A DNA stretch of 64,000 nucleotides from an uncultured Candidatus Saccharibacteria bacterium (GTDB lineage: Bacteria > Patescibacteriota > Minisyncoccia > UBA6257 > UBA9933), in assembly GCA_964642155.1 (NCBI GenBank), contig CAZXNT010000004.1, forward strand, positions 2,040-66,039, written 5' to 3'. Positions 1-9,006 of the stretch are shown piece after piece. The translations under genes were made by a program, and so were the position numbers. Below the pieces are notes generated by a model, which worked only from the letters and a program-made list of their open reading frames with translations, had not been told where the DNA came from and did not search any database. Position 1 is the first letter of the stretch; every line of letters begins with the position of its first letter.

Positions 1-114
1 TTTAGGTAAAATGTTTATTAAAAATCGTCTCAAATCTTATTTAACGGGGTGCTCAATGTTGTAGATAAATTTATTTCGCTCAACATTGGGTTTCGCTTAT
101 AAATTTATACAACA

Positions 115-1302
115 TTGGCAATGACTATTTTAATTAAAAACACTCAACTTCTTGATGGTACGGGCAGGTCGGCGATAAAAGCCGATGTTTTGATAAAAAA
201 CGATAAAATTTCCGCCATCGGCAATTTCCCGAATTATAAAGCTGATGAAATTATTGACGCGATGGGCGCTTATTTAGCTCCGGGGTTTATTGATATTAAT
301 AATGAAAGCGACCATTCGTTGGAAATTTTTTCTAATGATTATCAGGAAAATATTTTAAAACAAGGAATTACTTCCGTTATCGGCGGACACGGGGGCTTTT
401 CTTTGGCGCCGCTTCTTTACGGCTCTTTGGAAGCGATTAAACCATGGGCGGATATAAGAAAAATTAATGTTGATTGGCATACTTTAACTGAATTTTTAAA
501 GACTTTTAAAACAAGAAAGCTTAATGTGAATTTTGGCACTTTTTTGGGGCATACAACCGTTCGCTTTGATATTATTCACGACGCGCATAAATTAATTTTT
601 CGCGATTTGACTCCAAACGAATCGGCGGTTTTGAATTTTGTTATGGGGAAAAATTTAAAAGCAGGAGCTTTCGGCATTTCCGTCGGTTTTGACCACTCTT
701 TGGCTTCGGAAGTGTCCTATTTTGAAATTAAAAAAATGGCGGAATTGGCCGTTAAAGTCGGCGCGCTTTTAAGTTATAATCTTAAAGACAATAAAGAAGG
801 AATCGTTGATTCCGTTAAAAAAGCGATTTTTTTGGCAAAAGAAACCGGAGTTAAAATTTTGATAAATAATTTTAAACCGTCTCTGGAAGCTTTTAATTTA
901 ATTGAAGAAAATTCCAGCAACGCTGATATTTGTTTTTGCGCGAATCTTGATGATAATTATTCCGGCGAATCGGTTAAAATGTTGCAAAGCGACAAAGCTC
1001 TTATTTCTTCCGGCTTGCCTGCGCAGGCAGGCGGCTTTGGAAAATTTTTGGAATTAGTTGAAAAGGACAAAATTATGACAATTGAAGAAGCAGTTAAAAA
1101 AATAACTTCTTTGCCGGCGGCGAAGCTTAAATTGGATAAAAGGGGAATTGTTCGGGAAGGGTATTTTGCTGATTTGGTTCTTTTCAGAATTGAAAATTCG
1201 GAAATTTCAGATGTTATTATTAACGGTAAAAGAGCGGTGAAAGAAGGGAAATTCCAAAATATTTTAGAGGGGAAGGCGTTGGTAAACGATAAATTTATAT
1301 GA
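115..1302 (+). CDS. Amidohydrolase-family protein (D-aminoacylase/dihydroorotase-like metal-dependent hydrolase)
   Basis: 395 aa ORF; N-terminal DVLIKNDKI...G.IDI.NESDHS pattern typical of amidohydrolase fold; overlaps the ftsW start by 4 nt. Confidence 0.5.
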   Translation: MAMTILIKNTQLLDGTGRSAIKADVLIKNDKISAIGNFPNYKADEIIDAMGAYLAPGFIDINNESDHSLEIFSNDYQENILKQGITSVIGGHGGFSLAPLLYGSLEAIKPWADIRKINVDWHTLTEFLKTFKTRKLNVNFGTFLGHTTVRFDIIHDAHKLIFRDLTPNESAVLNFVMGKNLKAGAFGISVGFDHSLASEVSYFEIKKMAELAVKVGALLSYNLKDNKEGIVDSVKKAIFLAKETGVKILINNFKPSLEAFNLIEENSSNADICFCANLDDNYSGESVKMLQSDKALISSGLPAQAGGFGKFLELVEKDKIMTIEEAVKKITSLPAAKLKLDKRGIVREGYFADLVLFRIENSEISDVIINGKRAVKEGKFQNILEGKALVNDKFI

Positions 1303-2396
1303 GAAAAGGACATCGGCCGGATTATATTTTTATCTCTTGTATTATTATATTGTCGGTTTTTGGCTTAGTGATTCTTTCCAGCGCTTCTTCGGATACGGGA
1401 AAAATAAAATTTAACGACACTTATTATTATCTTAAGCATCAGATAATTTACGGATTAAGTTTGGGCATCGTCGGTTTTTTAATCGCTTCCAATTTTTATT
1501 ATCAAAATTGGAAAAAAATCGCGGTTTACGCCTTACTTATCAATATCGTTCTTTTGCTTTTGGTTTTTACGCCATTGGGTTTTGCCCACAGGGGCGCGAG
1601 CCGTTGGTTGGATATCGGCTTTTTTTCATTTCAGCCGGCGGAGTTTTTAAAAATAACTTTTATCATTTATCTCGCCGCTTGGCTAAGTAACAGGAAATCC
1701 GGCCGCCAAAAAAGTTTTTTAAAAGGTTTTGTGCCGTTTATCGTTATTTCGGGAATTATAGGCGCGTTGGTTTTATTTCAGCCGGCGACAACGATTTTGA
1801 TAATCGTTATGGTTTCGGCTTTAATCGTCTATTTCGCGAGCGGATTAAAAATGTCGCATCTTTTTTTAATCGCGCTGTTGGGAATTCTCGCGCTTGTTTT
1901 CGTGATTTATGCGACTCCTTACCGCTATGAAAGAATTAAAAATTTTTTTATTGAAGATGAAGCTAAGGACGCCACCAGCCGTTATCAAATAAATCGGGCG
2001 CAAGAGGCCATTGGGAGCGGGGGATTATTCGGCGTCGGTTTTGGCAAATCAACCACGAAATTCAAATATCTTCCCGAGCCGATAGGAGATTCAATTTTTG
2101 CCGTGGTTGCGGAAGAATTGGGGTTTACGGGTTCGTTGTTTTTAATTTCCGTTTTCATACTTTTTTTTATAAGAGGAATTTTAATAGCCAAGAAGGCGAG
2201 CGATCAATTCGGGAAATTGGCGGTGATGGGGTTGGTTTCCGCTATTGCGATTCAAACATTTATTCATATCGGAGCCGTTTCCGGATTAGTTCCTTTAACA
2301 GGGGTGCCCTTGCCCTTTATCAGTTACGGCGGTACGGCTTTGGCGGTTTTTTTGACGATGAGCGGGATTATTGTTAATATATCAAAGTACACATGA
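1299..2396 (+). CDS. ftsW: FtsW/RodA/SpoVE family peptidoglycan glycosyltransferase
   Basis: 365 aa polytopic membrane protein; conserved GFGKSTTKFKYLPEPIGDSIFAVVAEELGF block; TGA stop overlaps murG ATG (dcw-type arrangement). Confidence 0.8.
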   Translation: MRKGHRPDYIFISCIIILSVFGLVILSSASSDTGKIKFNDTYYYLKHQIIYGLSLGIVGFLIASNFYYQNWKKIAVYALLINIVLLLLVFTPLGFAHRGASRWLDIGFFSFQPAEFLKITFIIYLAAWLSNRKSGRQKSFLKGFVPFIVISGIIGALVLFQPATTILIIVMVSALIVYFASGLKMSHLFLIALLGILALVFVIYATPYRYERIKNFFIEDEAKDATSRYQINRAQEAIGSGGLFGVGFGKSTTKFKYLPEPIGDSIFAVVAEELGFTGSLFLISVFILFFIRGILIAKKASDQFGKLAVMGLVSAIAIQTFIHIGAVSGLVPLTGVPLPFISYGGTALAVFLTMSGIIVNISKYT

Positions 2397-3565
2397 GAAT
2401 TTTATTCACCGGCGGCGGAACCGGCGGACATATTTATCCGATTTTAGCGGTTGTTGAAGAACTGCAAGCCTTTGCCGCGAAAAGAAACATATATATTGAT
2501 TTGCAATATCTCGGCGCTCCCGGAAATTTTCGCAAACTTTTTGTTTCCAACGGCGTTTCGGTTTCAAAAATATTATCCGCCAAATTACGGCGTTATTTTG
2601 ATTTGCGTAATTTTTTGGATTTTATTCTTTTCCCCATAAGTATTATTCAGGCGTTTTGGAAAGTTTTTTGGATTATGCCGGATGTTTTATTTTCCAAAGG
2701 CGGTCCGGGTTCGTTACCGGTTGTTATTGCCTGCAAATTTTATCAAATTCCCGTGATTGTCCATGATTCTGATTCAACAATCGGTTTAGCTAATAAATTA
2801 GCATTGTCTTTCGCGAGCCGTATTGCCGTTTCTTTTATTTCAACTGCCGAGGAAATTGTCGGAATGCAAAAAAACGCAAAAAAAGCCGAATCTTTTCGCG
2901 CCAAAATAGCGTTTGTCGGCAATCCAATCAGGCCTTCTCTTTTTAAAGGTGATATTATAGACAAACAGATGGCTAAAAAAATGCTTGGTTTTGAGTCGGA
3001 AAAACCCTTGATGCTGATTTTGGGCGGTTCGCAAGGTTCATCTACTATAAACGATTTTATGTTGAATATCGCCGGAGAATTGGTGAAAGATTGGCAAATT
3101 TTTCATCAAACCGGCATTGATAATTTTAACAGCGTTAAAAGTGAACTGGCGGTTGTCTTGAAAGGATTCGGCGAAGAGGAAAAATCACGATATAAAATTA
3201 TTCCTTATTTTGAAAATAATTTAAAAGACGCTTATTCGGCCGCTGATGTGGTAATTTCACGCGCTGGCAGTCTTTCAATTTTTGAAATCGCCACTTTCGG
3301 AAAGCCGTCAATTCTTATCCCTTTAAGCGAGAAAGTTGTGGGGGTTCATCAAATTAGAAACGCTTATGAATATGCGAAAACCGGAGCCGCCGTTGTTATT
3401 GAAGAAGAAAATCTTAAACCCCATATTTTTATGAGTCAATTAAGTAAAATTATCGGCGATGTTGATTTATTGAAAAAAATGTTTGAAGCCGCCCGCGGTT
3501 TTTCAAAACCCGACGCCGCTTCAAAAATCGCTGAAGAAATAATTCGTTTAAGCAATATGGTATAA
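2393..3565 (+). CDS. murG: UDP-N-acetylglucosamine--N-acetylmuramyl-(pentapeptide) pyrophosphoryl-undecaprenol N-acetylglucosamine transferase
   Basis: N-terminal FTGGGTGGHIYPILAV glycine-rich MurG signature; 390 aa; directly follows ftsW. Confidence 0.85.
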   Translation: MRILFTGGGTGGHIYPILAVVEELQAFAAKRNIYIDLQYLGAPGNFRKLFVSNGVSVSKILSAKLRRYFDLRNFLDFILFPISIIQAFWKVFWIMPDVLFSKGGPGSLPVVIACKFYQIPVIVHDSDSTIGLANKLALSFASRIAVSFISTAEEIVGMQKNAKKAESFRAKIAFVGNPIRPSLFKGDIIDKQMAKKMLGFESEKPLMLILGGSQGSSTINDFMLNIAGELVKDWQIFHQTGIDNFNSVKSELAVVLKGFGEEEKSRYKIIPYFENNLKDAYSAADVVISRAGSLSIFEIATFGKPSILIPLSEKVVGVHQIRNAYEYAKTGAAVVIEEENLKPHIFMSQLSKIIGDVDLLKKMFEAARGFSKPDAASKIAEEIIRLSNMV

Positions 3566-3572
3566 TTTAAAA

Positions 3573-4052
3573 ATGAACCCCGTTAGAAGTCTTAAAAAAT
3601 ATTTTTTACAAAAGGAGCCAAAGACGAAAGTCGGCTTCGCCTTTAAGATATTCAATAAAGATAATCAAGTATGGACTTCTAACGGGGTGAATTCATTGAT
3701 TTATCAAAAAAAACAAAAAGGACAAGCGATGCTTTTAGCGGTTCTATTGATTGGCACCAGTGTCTTAGTTATTACTTCTTTATCCGGTTATATGATGTTG
3801 CAAAGAATTAGAATGGGTTTTAATTTTGTTGATTCAACAAGGGCTATTTTTGCGGCTGACGCCGGAGTGGAATGCGAATTTTATAATTCTTTTAAGGGAG
3901 CGAGCGTGGATTGCGATGGTTTGGATTTTTCGGACCCATTAACAAAAGTTCAAACTATTATTGTGGCTGATGACAATGGCGTTCCGCAGTATATAAAATC
4001 AATCGGCACTTCTAATAAATCCAACCGCGCTTTCGTGGCGGAGTTTAAGTAA
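3573..4052 (+). CDS. Hypothetical membrane-anchored protein
   Basis: 159 aa ORF with one predicted TM helix (LLAVLLIGTSVLVITSL); no recognisable family. Confidence 0.35.
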   Translation: MNPVRSLKKYFLQKEPKTKVGFAFKIFNKDNQVWTSNGVNSLIYQKKQKGQAMLLAVLLIGTSVLVITSLSGYMMLQRIRMGFNFVDSTRAIFAADAGVECEFYNSFKGASVDCDGLDFSDPLTKVQTIIVADDNGVPQYIKSIGTSNKSNRAFVAEFK

Positions 4053-4105
4053 TTTTTTTAATTTTTTCTTGATTTTTATAAATAACACGAGTATATTGTT
4101 ATCGC

Positions 4106-4291
4106 GGGGTAGAAGAGTTGTGTCTCACAGTGTCTTTTAGACTCATAATTTTATTTCTATTCTTCGCCGAGATTTTCTGAAAATTTGGAGCATCTCGGCG
4201 GGGTAGAGGAACGGTACCTCGCAGTGTCTTATAGACTCATAATCCCCATTTCTGTTCTTCGCTGAAATTTTCTAAGTTGTTGGAGTATTTC
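4106..4291 (+). repeat. Two tandem degenerate copies (about 93-bp period) of the 5' half of tRNA-fMet, upstream of the intact gene
   Basis: gcggggtagaagag... (4106) and gcggggtagaggaacggtacctcg... (4199) repeat the acceptor/D-arm of the tRNA at 4292, each followed by the ctcataat(cccca) anticodon-loop remnant and diverged filler. Confidence 0.6.
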
Positions 4292-4362
4292 AGCGGGGTA
4301 GAGGAACGGTACCTCGGGGGGCTCATAATCCCCAGGAGCGGGTTCAATTCCCGCCCCCGCAA
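4292..4362 (+). tRNA. tRNA-fMet (CAT), initiator-type
   Basis: Manual cloverleaf: A1xA72 mismatch, D-stem GAGG/CCTC, anticodon loop CTCATAA, G-C rich anticodon stem, T-loop TTCAATT, 3' CCCCGCAAC as in E. coli tRNA-fMet. Confidence 0.75.
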
Positions 4363-4378
4363 CATTTTTAAAATTTTC

Positions 4379-4450
4379 GTCGGCGTAGCTCAGTGGTAGA
4401 GCGAAGGACTCATAAACCTTAGGTCGCAGGTCCGATTCCTGCCGCCGACA
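4379..4450 (+). tRNA. tRNA-Met or tRNA-Ile2 (CAT anticodon, elongator type)
   Basis: Manual fold: acceptor GTCGGCG/CGCCGAC, D-arm GCTC..GAGC, anticodon loop CTCATAA, T-arm GCAGG-TCCGATT-CCTGC. Confidence 0.7.
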
Positions 4451-4459
4451 CTGAAATTA

Positions 4460-4876
4460 ATGCGTAAACATTCCAAAAAATTTATAATTTTTTTATTAAT
4501 AATCATTACGATTGCCGGTTTTTTTTATATTTATTCGGCAATAAAAATGGAAAAAACCTATGCTTTTTTTAAGCCGTTAGAAGTATTGGGAACATTTGAA
4601 AACTTGCCGGTAGTAAAAGCGGCAACGGAATATGGTAAAAAAAGCGTTGACAAAATCGGAGAAAAAATAAAAAATCAAACAAGTGTGATTAATAATTCAG
4701 TTTCCAAAGCAACGGATAATTTTAAAAATAGCGCGTTTGAATTTGCCAAAGAAAACATAAATAGCGGTCTTAACGCCATGGGCAATGTTTTGGGAGTTGA
4801 TGAGAAATTGATTACTACAACCATTATCAGTACAAGTACAGTAAATACAATTAGCAATAAAGAGAATTGTAAATAA
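4460..4876 (+). CDS. Hypothetical N-terminally membrane-anchored protein
   Basis: 138 aa; N-terminal TM helix then polar domain; no family recognised. Confidence 0.35.
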   Translation: MRKHSKKFIIFLLIIITIAGFFYIYSAIKMEKTYAFFKPLEVLGTFENLPVVKAATEYGKKSVDKIGEKIKNQTSVINNSVSKATDNFKNSAFEFAKENINSGLNAMGNVLGVDEKLITTTIISTSTVNTISNKENCK

Positions 4877-4885
4877 TAAATAAAA

Positions 4886-5461
4886 ATGTCTCTGACTTAC
4901 AACGAATTAAAACCCGGAACTTTTATTATTTTTGAAGGACAGCCCTATGAAGTGCTGGAATTTGCGTTTTTGAGAATGCAACAGAGAAAACCGGTAAGCA
5001 AAACGAAATTGAAAAATTTGATAACCGGAAAAGTGAAAGAGCAAACCTTTCATCAAAGCGACATTTTGGAAGAAGCGGAACTTGAAAAGATGCCCTCGCG
5101 TTTTCTTTATGAAAGCAGGGGAGCTTATTGGTTTGACGAAGTCGGCAATCCAAAAAATCGTTTTTCTTTTGATAAAGAAACTTTTGGGGATTCGGTTGAT
5201 TTTTTAAAGCCGAATTTGGAAACAACAGCCGTGAAATTTGAAGGGAAAATCATCAATATAGAATTGCCGATTAAAGTCGCTTATAAGGTTGTGGAAGCTC
5301 CGCCGGCGATTAAAGGAGATACGGCGCAAGGCGGAAACAAGGCCGTGATTATTGAAACCGGCGCGAAAGTAAACACTCCGTTATTTATCAATAGCGGAGA
5401 CGTTGTTTTAGTGAATACTCAAACTGGCGAATATGTAGAGCGCGTTGAAAAAGGATTATAA
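4886..5461 (+). CDS. efp: Translation elongation factor P
   Basis: 191 aa; N-terminal NELKPGTFIIFEGQPYEVLEF and KPG loop typical of EF-P. Confidence 0.85.
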   Translation: MSLTYNELKPGTFIIFEGQPYEVLEFAFLRMQQRKPVSKTKLKNLITGKVKEQTFHQSDILEEAELEKMPSRFLYESRGAYWFDEVGNPKNRFSFDKETFGDSVDFLKPNLETTAVKFEGKIINIELPIKVAYKVVEAPPAIKGDTAQGGNKAVIIETGAKVNTPLFINSGDVVLVNTQTGEYVERVEKGL

Positions 5462-5860
5462 GGCGCAACCGCTTTCCTGTGAAAGTTTTTCAAGTGTTTG
5501 TTCTCCTTCAAATTTTTTGCCCTCAGGGGCTTGCCCTGAGTTTGTCGAAGGGAAAATCCAAGTCGGGTATCCTTCCACTCCTTTATCAATGCATAATTTA
5601 GTATTTTCCGGACATTCAATATAAGGAACATATTGAAATGAATTTCCGAAAAGTTTTTTCTGATTTTGACAATGGACGCACCATTCGGCGCCGTACATCG
5701 TGATATTTTTTTCCGCCAAACATTTGGCGAAATTGTCATATTGGCTTAGCGCGTTATTTTGCGACTTGTCTTTTTTAATCTGTAAAAAAACCAACACCGC
5801 AACAGCGATTATGGCAATAATACCAATACTAATAATAATTTTTGCGCTTTTGTTTAACAT
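5456..5860 (-). CDS. Thioredoxin-fold thiol:disulfide oxidoreductase, membrane-anchored (CxxC)
   Basis: 134 aa; N-terminal TM helix; WCVHC active-site motif; adjacent to CcdA-like gene. Confidence 0.55.
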   Translation of the reverse strand: MLNKSAKIIISIGIIAIIAVAVLVFLQIKKDKSQNNALSQYDNFAKCLAEKNITMYGAEWCVHCQNQKKLFGNSFQYVPYIECPENTKLCIDKGVEGYPTWIFPSTNSGQAPEGKKFEGEQTLEKLSQESGCAL

Positions 5861-5911
5861 ATTATTTTACAAAATAATTGAAGTCAGATTTGTTTTGAAG
5901 AACATCCCGCA

Positions 5912-5960
5912 GCCCCGACGGGCTTGGTCTGACCCCGCAAAGCGGGGGAAGCCGTCGGGG
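5912..5960. terminator. Nested GC-rich hairpin (probable intrinsic terminator downstream of the minus-strand gene 6035..6547)
   Basis: ccccgacgg...ccgtcgggg outer stem enclosing the recurrent ccccgcaaagcggggg hairpin. Confidence 0.45.
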
Positions 5961-6034
5961 CGAGGGCGAAGAAAATTTTATCGCTGGAATAAAATTATTC
6001 TGTTTCTGAAAGGCAAATCTGGCTGAAATAAAAC

Positions 6035-6547
6035 TTATTCATCGCAACAATTCACTAATTTATTTACAATATCTTCCGTTGTCCAGGCCTGCCCCGTATG
6101 CGGGGATTTTTCGTTTTTCACCTCATTTTTTAATTCGGGGATACTGATAAGTTTCAGTCGCAACGCCCAAAACAGTGAGTAAATTTTATACGCTTTGTCA
6201 AAAAAATTTTTAGCCTCTTCTTTTTTGCCGTCAGAATAAAGTTTCGTGCCGACTTCAATCAGGCGCATTGCGGTTGCGAGCAGATGTTTTGCCGCGCACC
6301 AAGTTTCGCCTTCATGCTTATCAATCATTTTCGCGAGCAGTTCTTTGCGCGTTTCCCTGATTTCGTTCATAAAATCAAAATATTCTTCTTTACCTGTTTT
6401 TTTAGCGGTGAAAAAGAAATGCTCTTCCAGACTGATTAAATTCATTATGGCGATGCTTAAATCTTCTTCGGTTGACAAGTCAAACTCGCCGCTTTTTTTA
6501 AGCTCTTGGATTTTTTCTATAAGTTTTTGAAATTTTTGTTCGTCCAT
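6035..6547 (-). CDS. Hypothetical cytoplasmic helical protein
   Basis: 170 aa ORF, charged/helical; no family recognised. Confidence 0.35.
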   Translation of the reverse strand: MDEQKFQKLIEKIQELKKSGEFDLSTEEDLSIAIMNLISLEEHFFFTAKKTGKEEYFDFMNEIRETRKELLAKMIDKHEGETWCAAKHLLATAMRLIEVGTKLYSDGKKEEAKNFFDKAYKIYSLFWALRLKLISIPELKNEVKNEKSPHTGQAWTTEDIVNKLVNCCDE

Positions 6548-6564
6548 ATATTTATTTTAACCGA

Positions 6565-7227
6565 TTATAAAAGAAAAATCACTATGCCTAAAATTATCAT
6601 TGCCAAACTGCTGATATAGCGCATTCCTTTCATATTTTCAGATTTCCATTTTTGGGTTTTTTCCAGAAGCGTTTTATTATTGGCGATTAAAAGTATGATT
6701 ATCAGTGGCAAAATGAAAACCAAATTGTAATAAATCAAATATCCGAGCCCCTTCCAAAAAGTCGCTTGGTCGTGCAAGAGGCCGAGAACCAGCAGATATG
6801 GGCCGCCGGTGCAAGGAAATTCACAAAGCCCGACAAATCCGCCGAGCAGGAAAGCCGTTGGCGCCGAACCTTTTTCCATAAGTTTCGCCATTGTTCTGTG
6901 TGAACCCTGAGGGATTTTCAGTTTAATCGGAAAATTCGGGAAAATCGCGCCGAGCAATTCAATAATTCCCCATATTATAAGAAGAGACGCGCCGACTTTT
7001 CCCATAAAATTAGGGATGTTGAAAATTTGCAAAGTTTGCAGAATTCCGAGGCCGATTAAAATATAAACAATAAAGATGCCGAAAATATAAAGCAGGCCGA
7101 TTTTCAAAATATTCAAACGGTCGCGGCCGAGAGTGAAAAGAAAGGCGATAGTCAGTATTAAAACGGAAAAAGCGCAGGGATTAACGCTGTCAACCAGAGC
7201 GGCGGTTGTGATAATTAGCAAAAGCAT
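6565..7227 (-). CDS. ccdA: Cytochrome c-type biogenesis/thiol-disulfide transporter CcdA (DsbD transmembrane domain family)
   Basis: 220 aa polytopic; conserved VDSVNPCA first-Cys motif and second Cys in CEFPCTGGPYL. Confidence 0.7.
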   Translation of the reverse strand: MLLLIITTAALVDSVNPCAFSVLILTIAFLFTLGRDRLNILKIGLLYIFGIFIVYILIGLGILQTLQIFNIPNFMGKVGASLLIIWGIIELLGAIFPNFPIKLKIPQGSHRTMAKLMEKGSAPTAFLLGGFVGLCEFPCTGGPYLLVLGLLHDQATFWKGLGYLIYYNLVFILPLIIILLIANNKTLLEKTQKWKSENMKGMRYISSLAMIILGIVIFLL

Positions 7228-7294
7228 AATTCTTAATTTTAATTGAGCGAAAACTTGAAGTCAAACGGATTTTTGTTTAGTATAAAAGCGGATT

Positions 7295-7365
7295 GGGCTT
7301 GTAGCTTAGTGGCAGAGCATCCGGTTTGCATCCGGAAGATAGGGGTTCGATTCCCCTCAAGTCCA
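7295..7365 (+). tRNA. tRNA-Ala (TGC)
   Basis: Manual fold: acceptor GGGCTTG/CAAGTCC with G3:U70 Ala identity pair, anticodon loop TTTGCAT. Confidence 0.8.
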
Positions 7366-7538
7366 AAGGAAAGGCGAGAGTTCGACCTGCCCCGTAATGT
7401 CCGCCAGAAGCGGACTATTTCGGGGTTCTCGCTTGGTCCAAAAGGTAGGGTGGGTGAGCGGTTTAAACCGCTGGTCTTGTTCCCGATTTGTATAAAATTT
7501 GTTAGAATTTTATCTACAAATCGCAATCCCGCTTAAAG
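7366..7538. other. Structured, relatively GC-rich spacer between tRNA-Ala and tRNA-Ser (nested hairpins; possible small RNA)
   Basis: gcgagag...ccccg-taatg-tccgc-cagaa-gcgga-ctattt-cgggg...ctctcgc nested stems; gagcggtttaaaccgctg hairpin; overlapping ORFs 7239..7526(-)/7243..7536(+) judged spurious. Confidence 0.3.
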
Positions 7539-7626
7539 CGGAAGGTTGGCAGAGCGGTCTAATGCGCCGCACTTGAAATGCGGTTGAGGAGAAATCCTCT
7601 CGGAGGTTCGAATCCTCCACCTTCCG
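7539..7626 (+). tRNA. tRNA-Ser (TGA)
   Basis: Manual fold: acceptor GGAAGGT/ACCTTCC, 3-bp D-stem, anticodon stem CCGCA/TGCGG loop CTTGAAA, long variable arm, T-arm GGAGG-TTCGAAT-CCTCC. Confidence 0.8.
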
Positions 7627-7629
7627 CTT

Positions 7630-7760
7630 TGTGCGGGAAAAAGCGTTATTGTGAGTTCTCCGCCTACGCGCCTCCTCCGCCGAAGCAACTTCGGCTGCGA
7701 AGGCCGGGCAAAGCTTCGGCGGATTGCTTTTGGTAGTAAAATCAAAGATTTTAACCAAAA
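7630..7760. ncRNA. GC-rich structured region downstream of tRNA-Ser (candidate small ncRNA; identity unknown)
   Basis: Perfect 9-bp stem ccgccgaag/cttcggcgg enclosing GNRA-like loops; GC far above local average; ORFs 7510..7758(-) and 7533..7745(-) judged spurious. Confidence 0.25.
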
Positions 7761-7886
7761 GGGAAGAATCTCACCCCTACCGCCAGCGTCAGTTAGAGAA
7801 ATTTAAACTTTTTTGGTATAATTAAATTGTAGTAAAAATCGCCAAGGCGTTGGGCGTTTTAATTGAGGATTTAATCAAATAAAACT

Positions 7887-8489
7887 ATGAAAGGAATTAT
7901 TTACATAATGACAACAGCCGTTTCTGGGTTGATAAAAATAGGACAAACTGGCACTGGTAATTATCAGGAACGAATGCGTAATCTTGAGGCAAATGGTTAT
8001 TATAATGTTTCCGGTCTGAAGAGATTTTTTGCGATTGAGCTTGAAGATTATAATGATAAAGAAAATCTTTTAAAGGAAATTTTTAACAAACATCGGGTTG
8101 GGGATAGTGAATTATTTGCCCTTGATTATGATTTAGTGCGACAACTTTTGTTATCATTCGAAGGCAAAGTGATATATCCCAAAGATGTAGATAAAGAAAA
8201 GGAATTTGACGAGGTTTCGAAAGCGAGAGAGCAAGGAGTACGGTTTAGTTTTTATAAAAAAGGAATTAAGAACGGAGAAGAAATTGTTTTTATAGCTGAT
8301 AAAGAAATCACTACGAAAGTAGTTGGCGAGCGTGAAGTGGAATATGGTGAACAAATTTGGAAACTTACACCATTAACGTACAAAATATATGAGCAAAAAG
8401 GAGGATTAAATGAGAGTGGCGCATACCAAGGGGCTGCTTATTGGCAATATAAAGGCAAACGACTAAGAGACTTGCCTGATATTAATTAA
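7887..8489 (+). CDS. T5orf172 (GIY-YIG-like) domain protein
   Basis: N-terminal GIIYIM...SGLIKIGQTG...ERMRNLE resembles the T5orf172/MUG113 GIY-YIG-like domain; first gene after the tRNA cluster. Confidence 0.5.
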   Translation: MKGIIYIMTTAVSGLIKIGQTGTGNYQERMRNLEANGYYNVSGLKRFFAIELEDYNDKENLLKEIFNKHRVGDSELFALDYDLVRQLLLSFEGKVIYPKDVDKEKEFDEVSKAREQGVRFSFYKKGIKNGEEIVFIADKEITTKVVGEREVEYGEQIWKLTPLTYKIYEQKGGLNESGAYQGAAYWQYKGKRLRDLPDIN

Positions 8490-8496
8490 ATAAAAT

Positions 8497-8977
8497 TATG
8501 GAACAATACTTAGAATTTGCAAAAAGTTTGGCAAAAGAAGCTGAAGAAATAGCCCTAAGGTATTTTAGTTTTGAAGTTGGAAATATTTGAAAAGAAGACA
8601 ATACGCCATTAACTCAAGCTGACACAGAAATAAAAGATTTGGTAATTAAGAGAATCAATGGAAAATACCCAGAACATAGTATTTATGGAGAAGAAAAAAG
8701 CGAGAGGAAAGAAAATTCAAAATATATTTGGGTTTGCGACCCAATAGATGGAACAATGGCTTTTTCTTGCGGTTTACCTATATTTGTTTTTTCTATAGCC
8801 TTAGTTGATCAATCAAATGGTCTACCTATTTTAGGATTAATAAATGATCCAGTAATGAAAAATCTGTATTGGGGTTATAAAGATGGTGGAGCATATAGAA
8901 ATGGTCAAAAAATATTTGTATCAAAAGATGCTACTCTTTCAAAAAAGGAGAAGATGGACTCACAAAACTACTTTTAG
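8497..8977 (+). pseudogene. Inositol monophosphatase family (SuhB-like) pseudogene: in-frame TGA after codon 29 and C-terminal truncation
   Basis: ATG at 8497 encodes MEQYLEFAKSLAKEAEEIALRYFSFEVGNI-stop-KEDNTPLTQADTEIKDLVIKR...WVCDPIDGT (IMPase metal-binding motif); ends about 120 aa short of a full IMPase. Confidence 0.6.
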
Positions 8978-9006
8978 ATAATATTATTTTTGGAATAGAA
9001 GATGAA

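Noticed and set aside
7239-7758. ORFs 7239..7526(-), 7243..7536(+), 7510..7758(-) and 7533..7745(-)
   Set aside because: They overlap tRNA-Ala, tRNA-Ser and GC-rich structured spacers. Their frames are kept open by GC richness, which is typical of spurious ORFs.
8497-8977. Possibility that the in-frame TGA in the IMPase gene reflects UGA-as-Gly recoding (genetic code 25)
   Set aside because: TGA functions as a stop for ftsW (overlapping murG ATG) and other core genes here. The IMPase is also C-terminally truncated, so pseudogenisation is the simpler reading.
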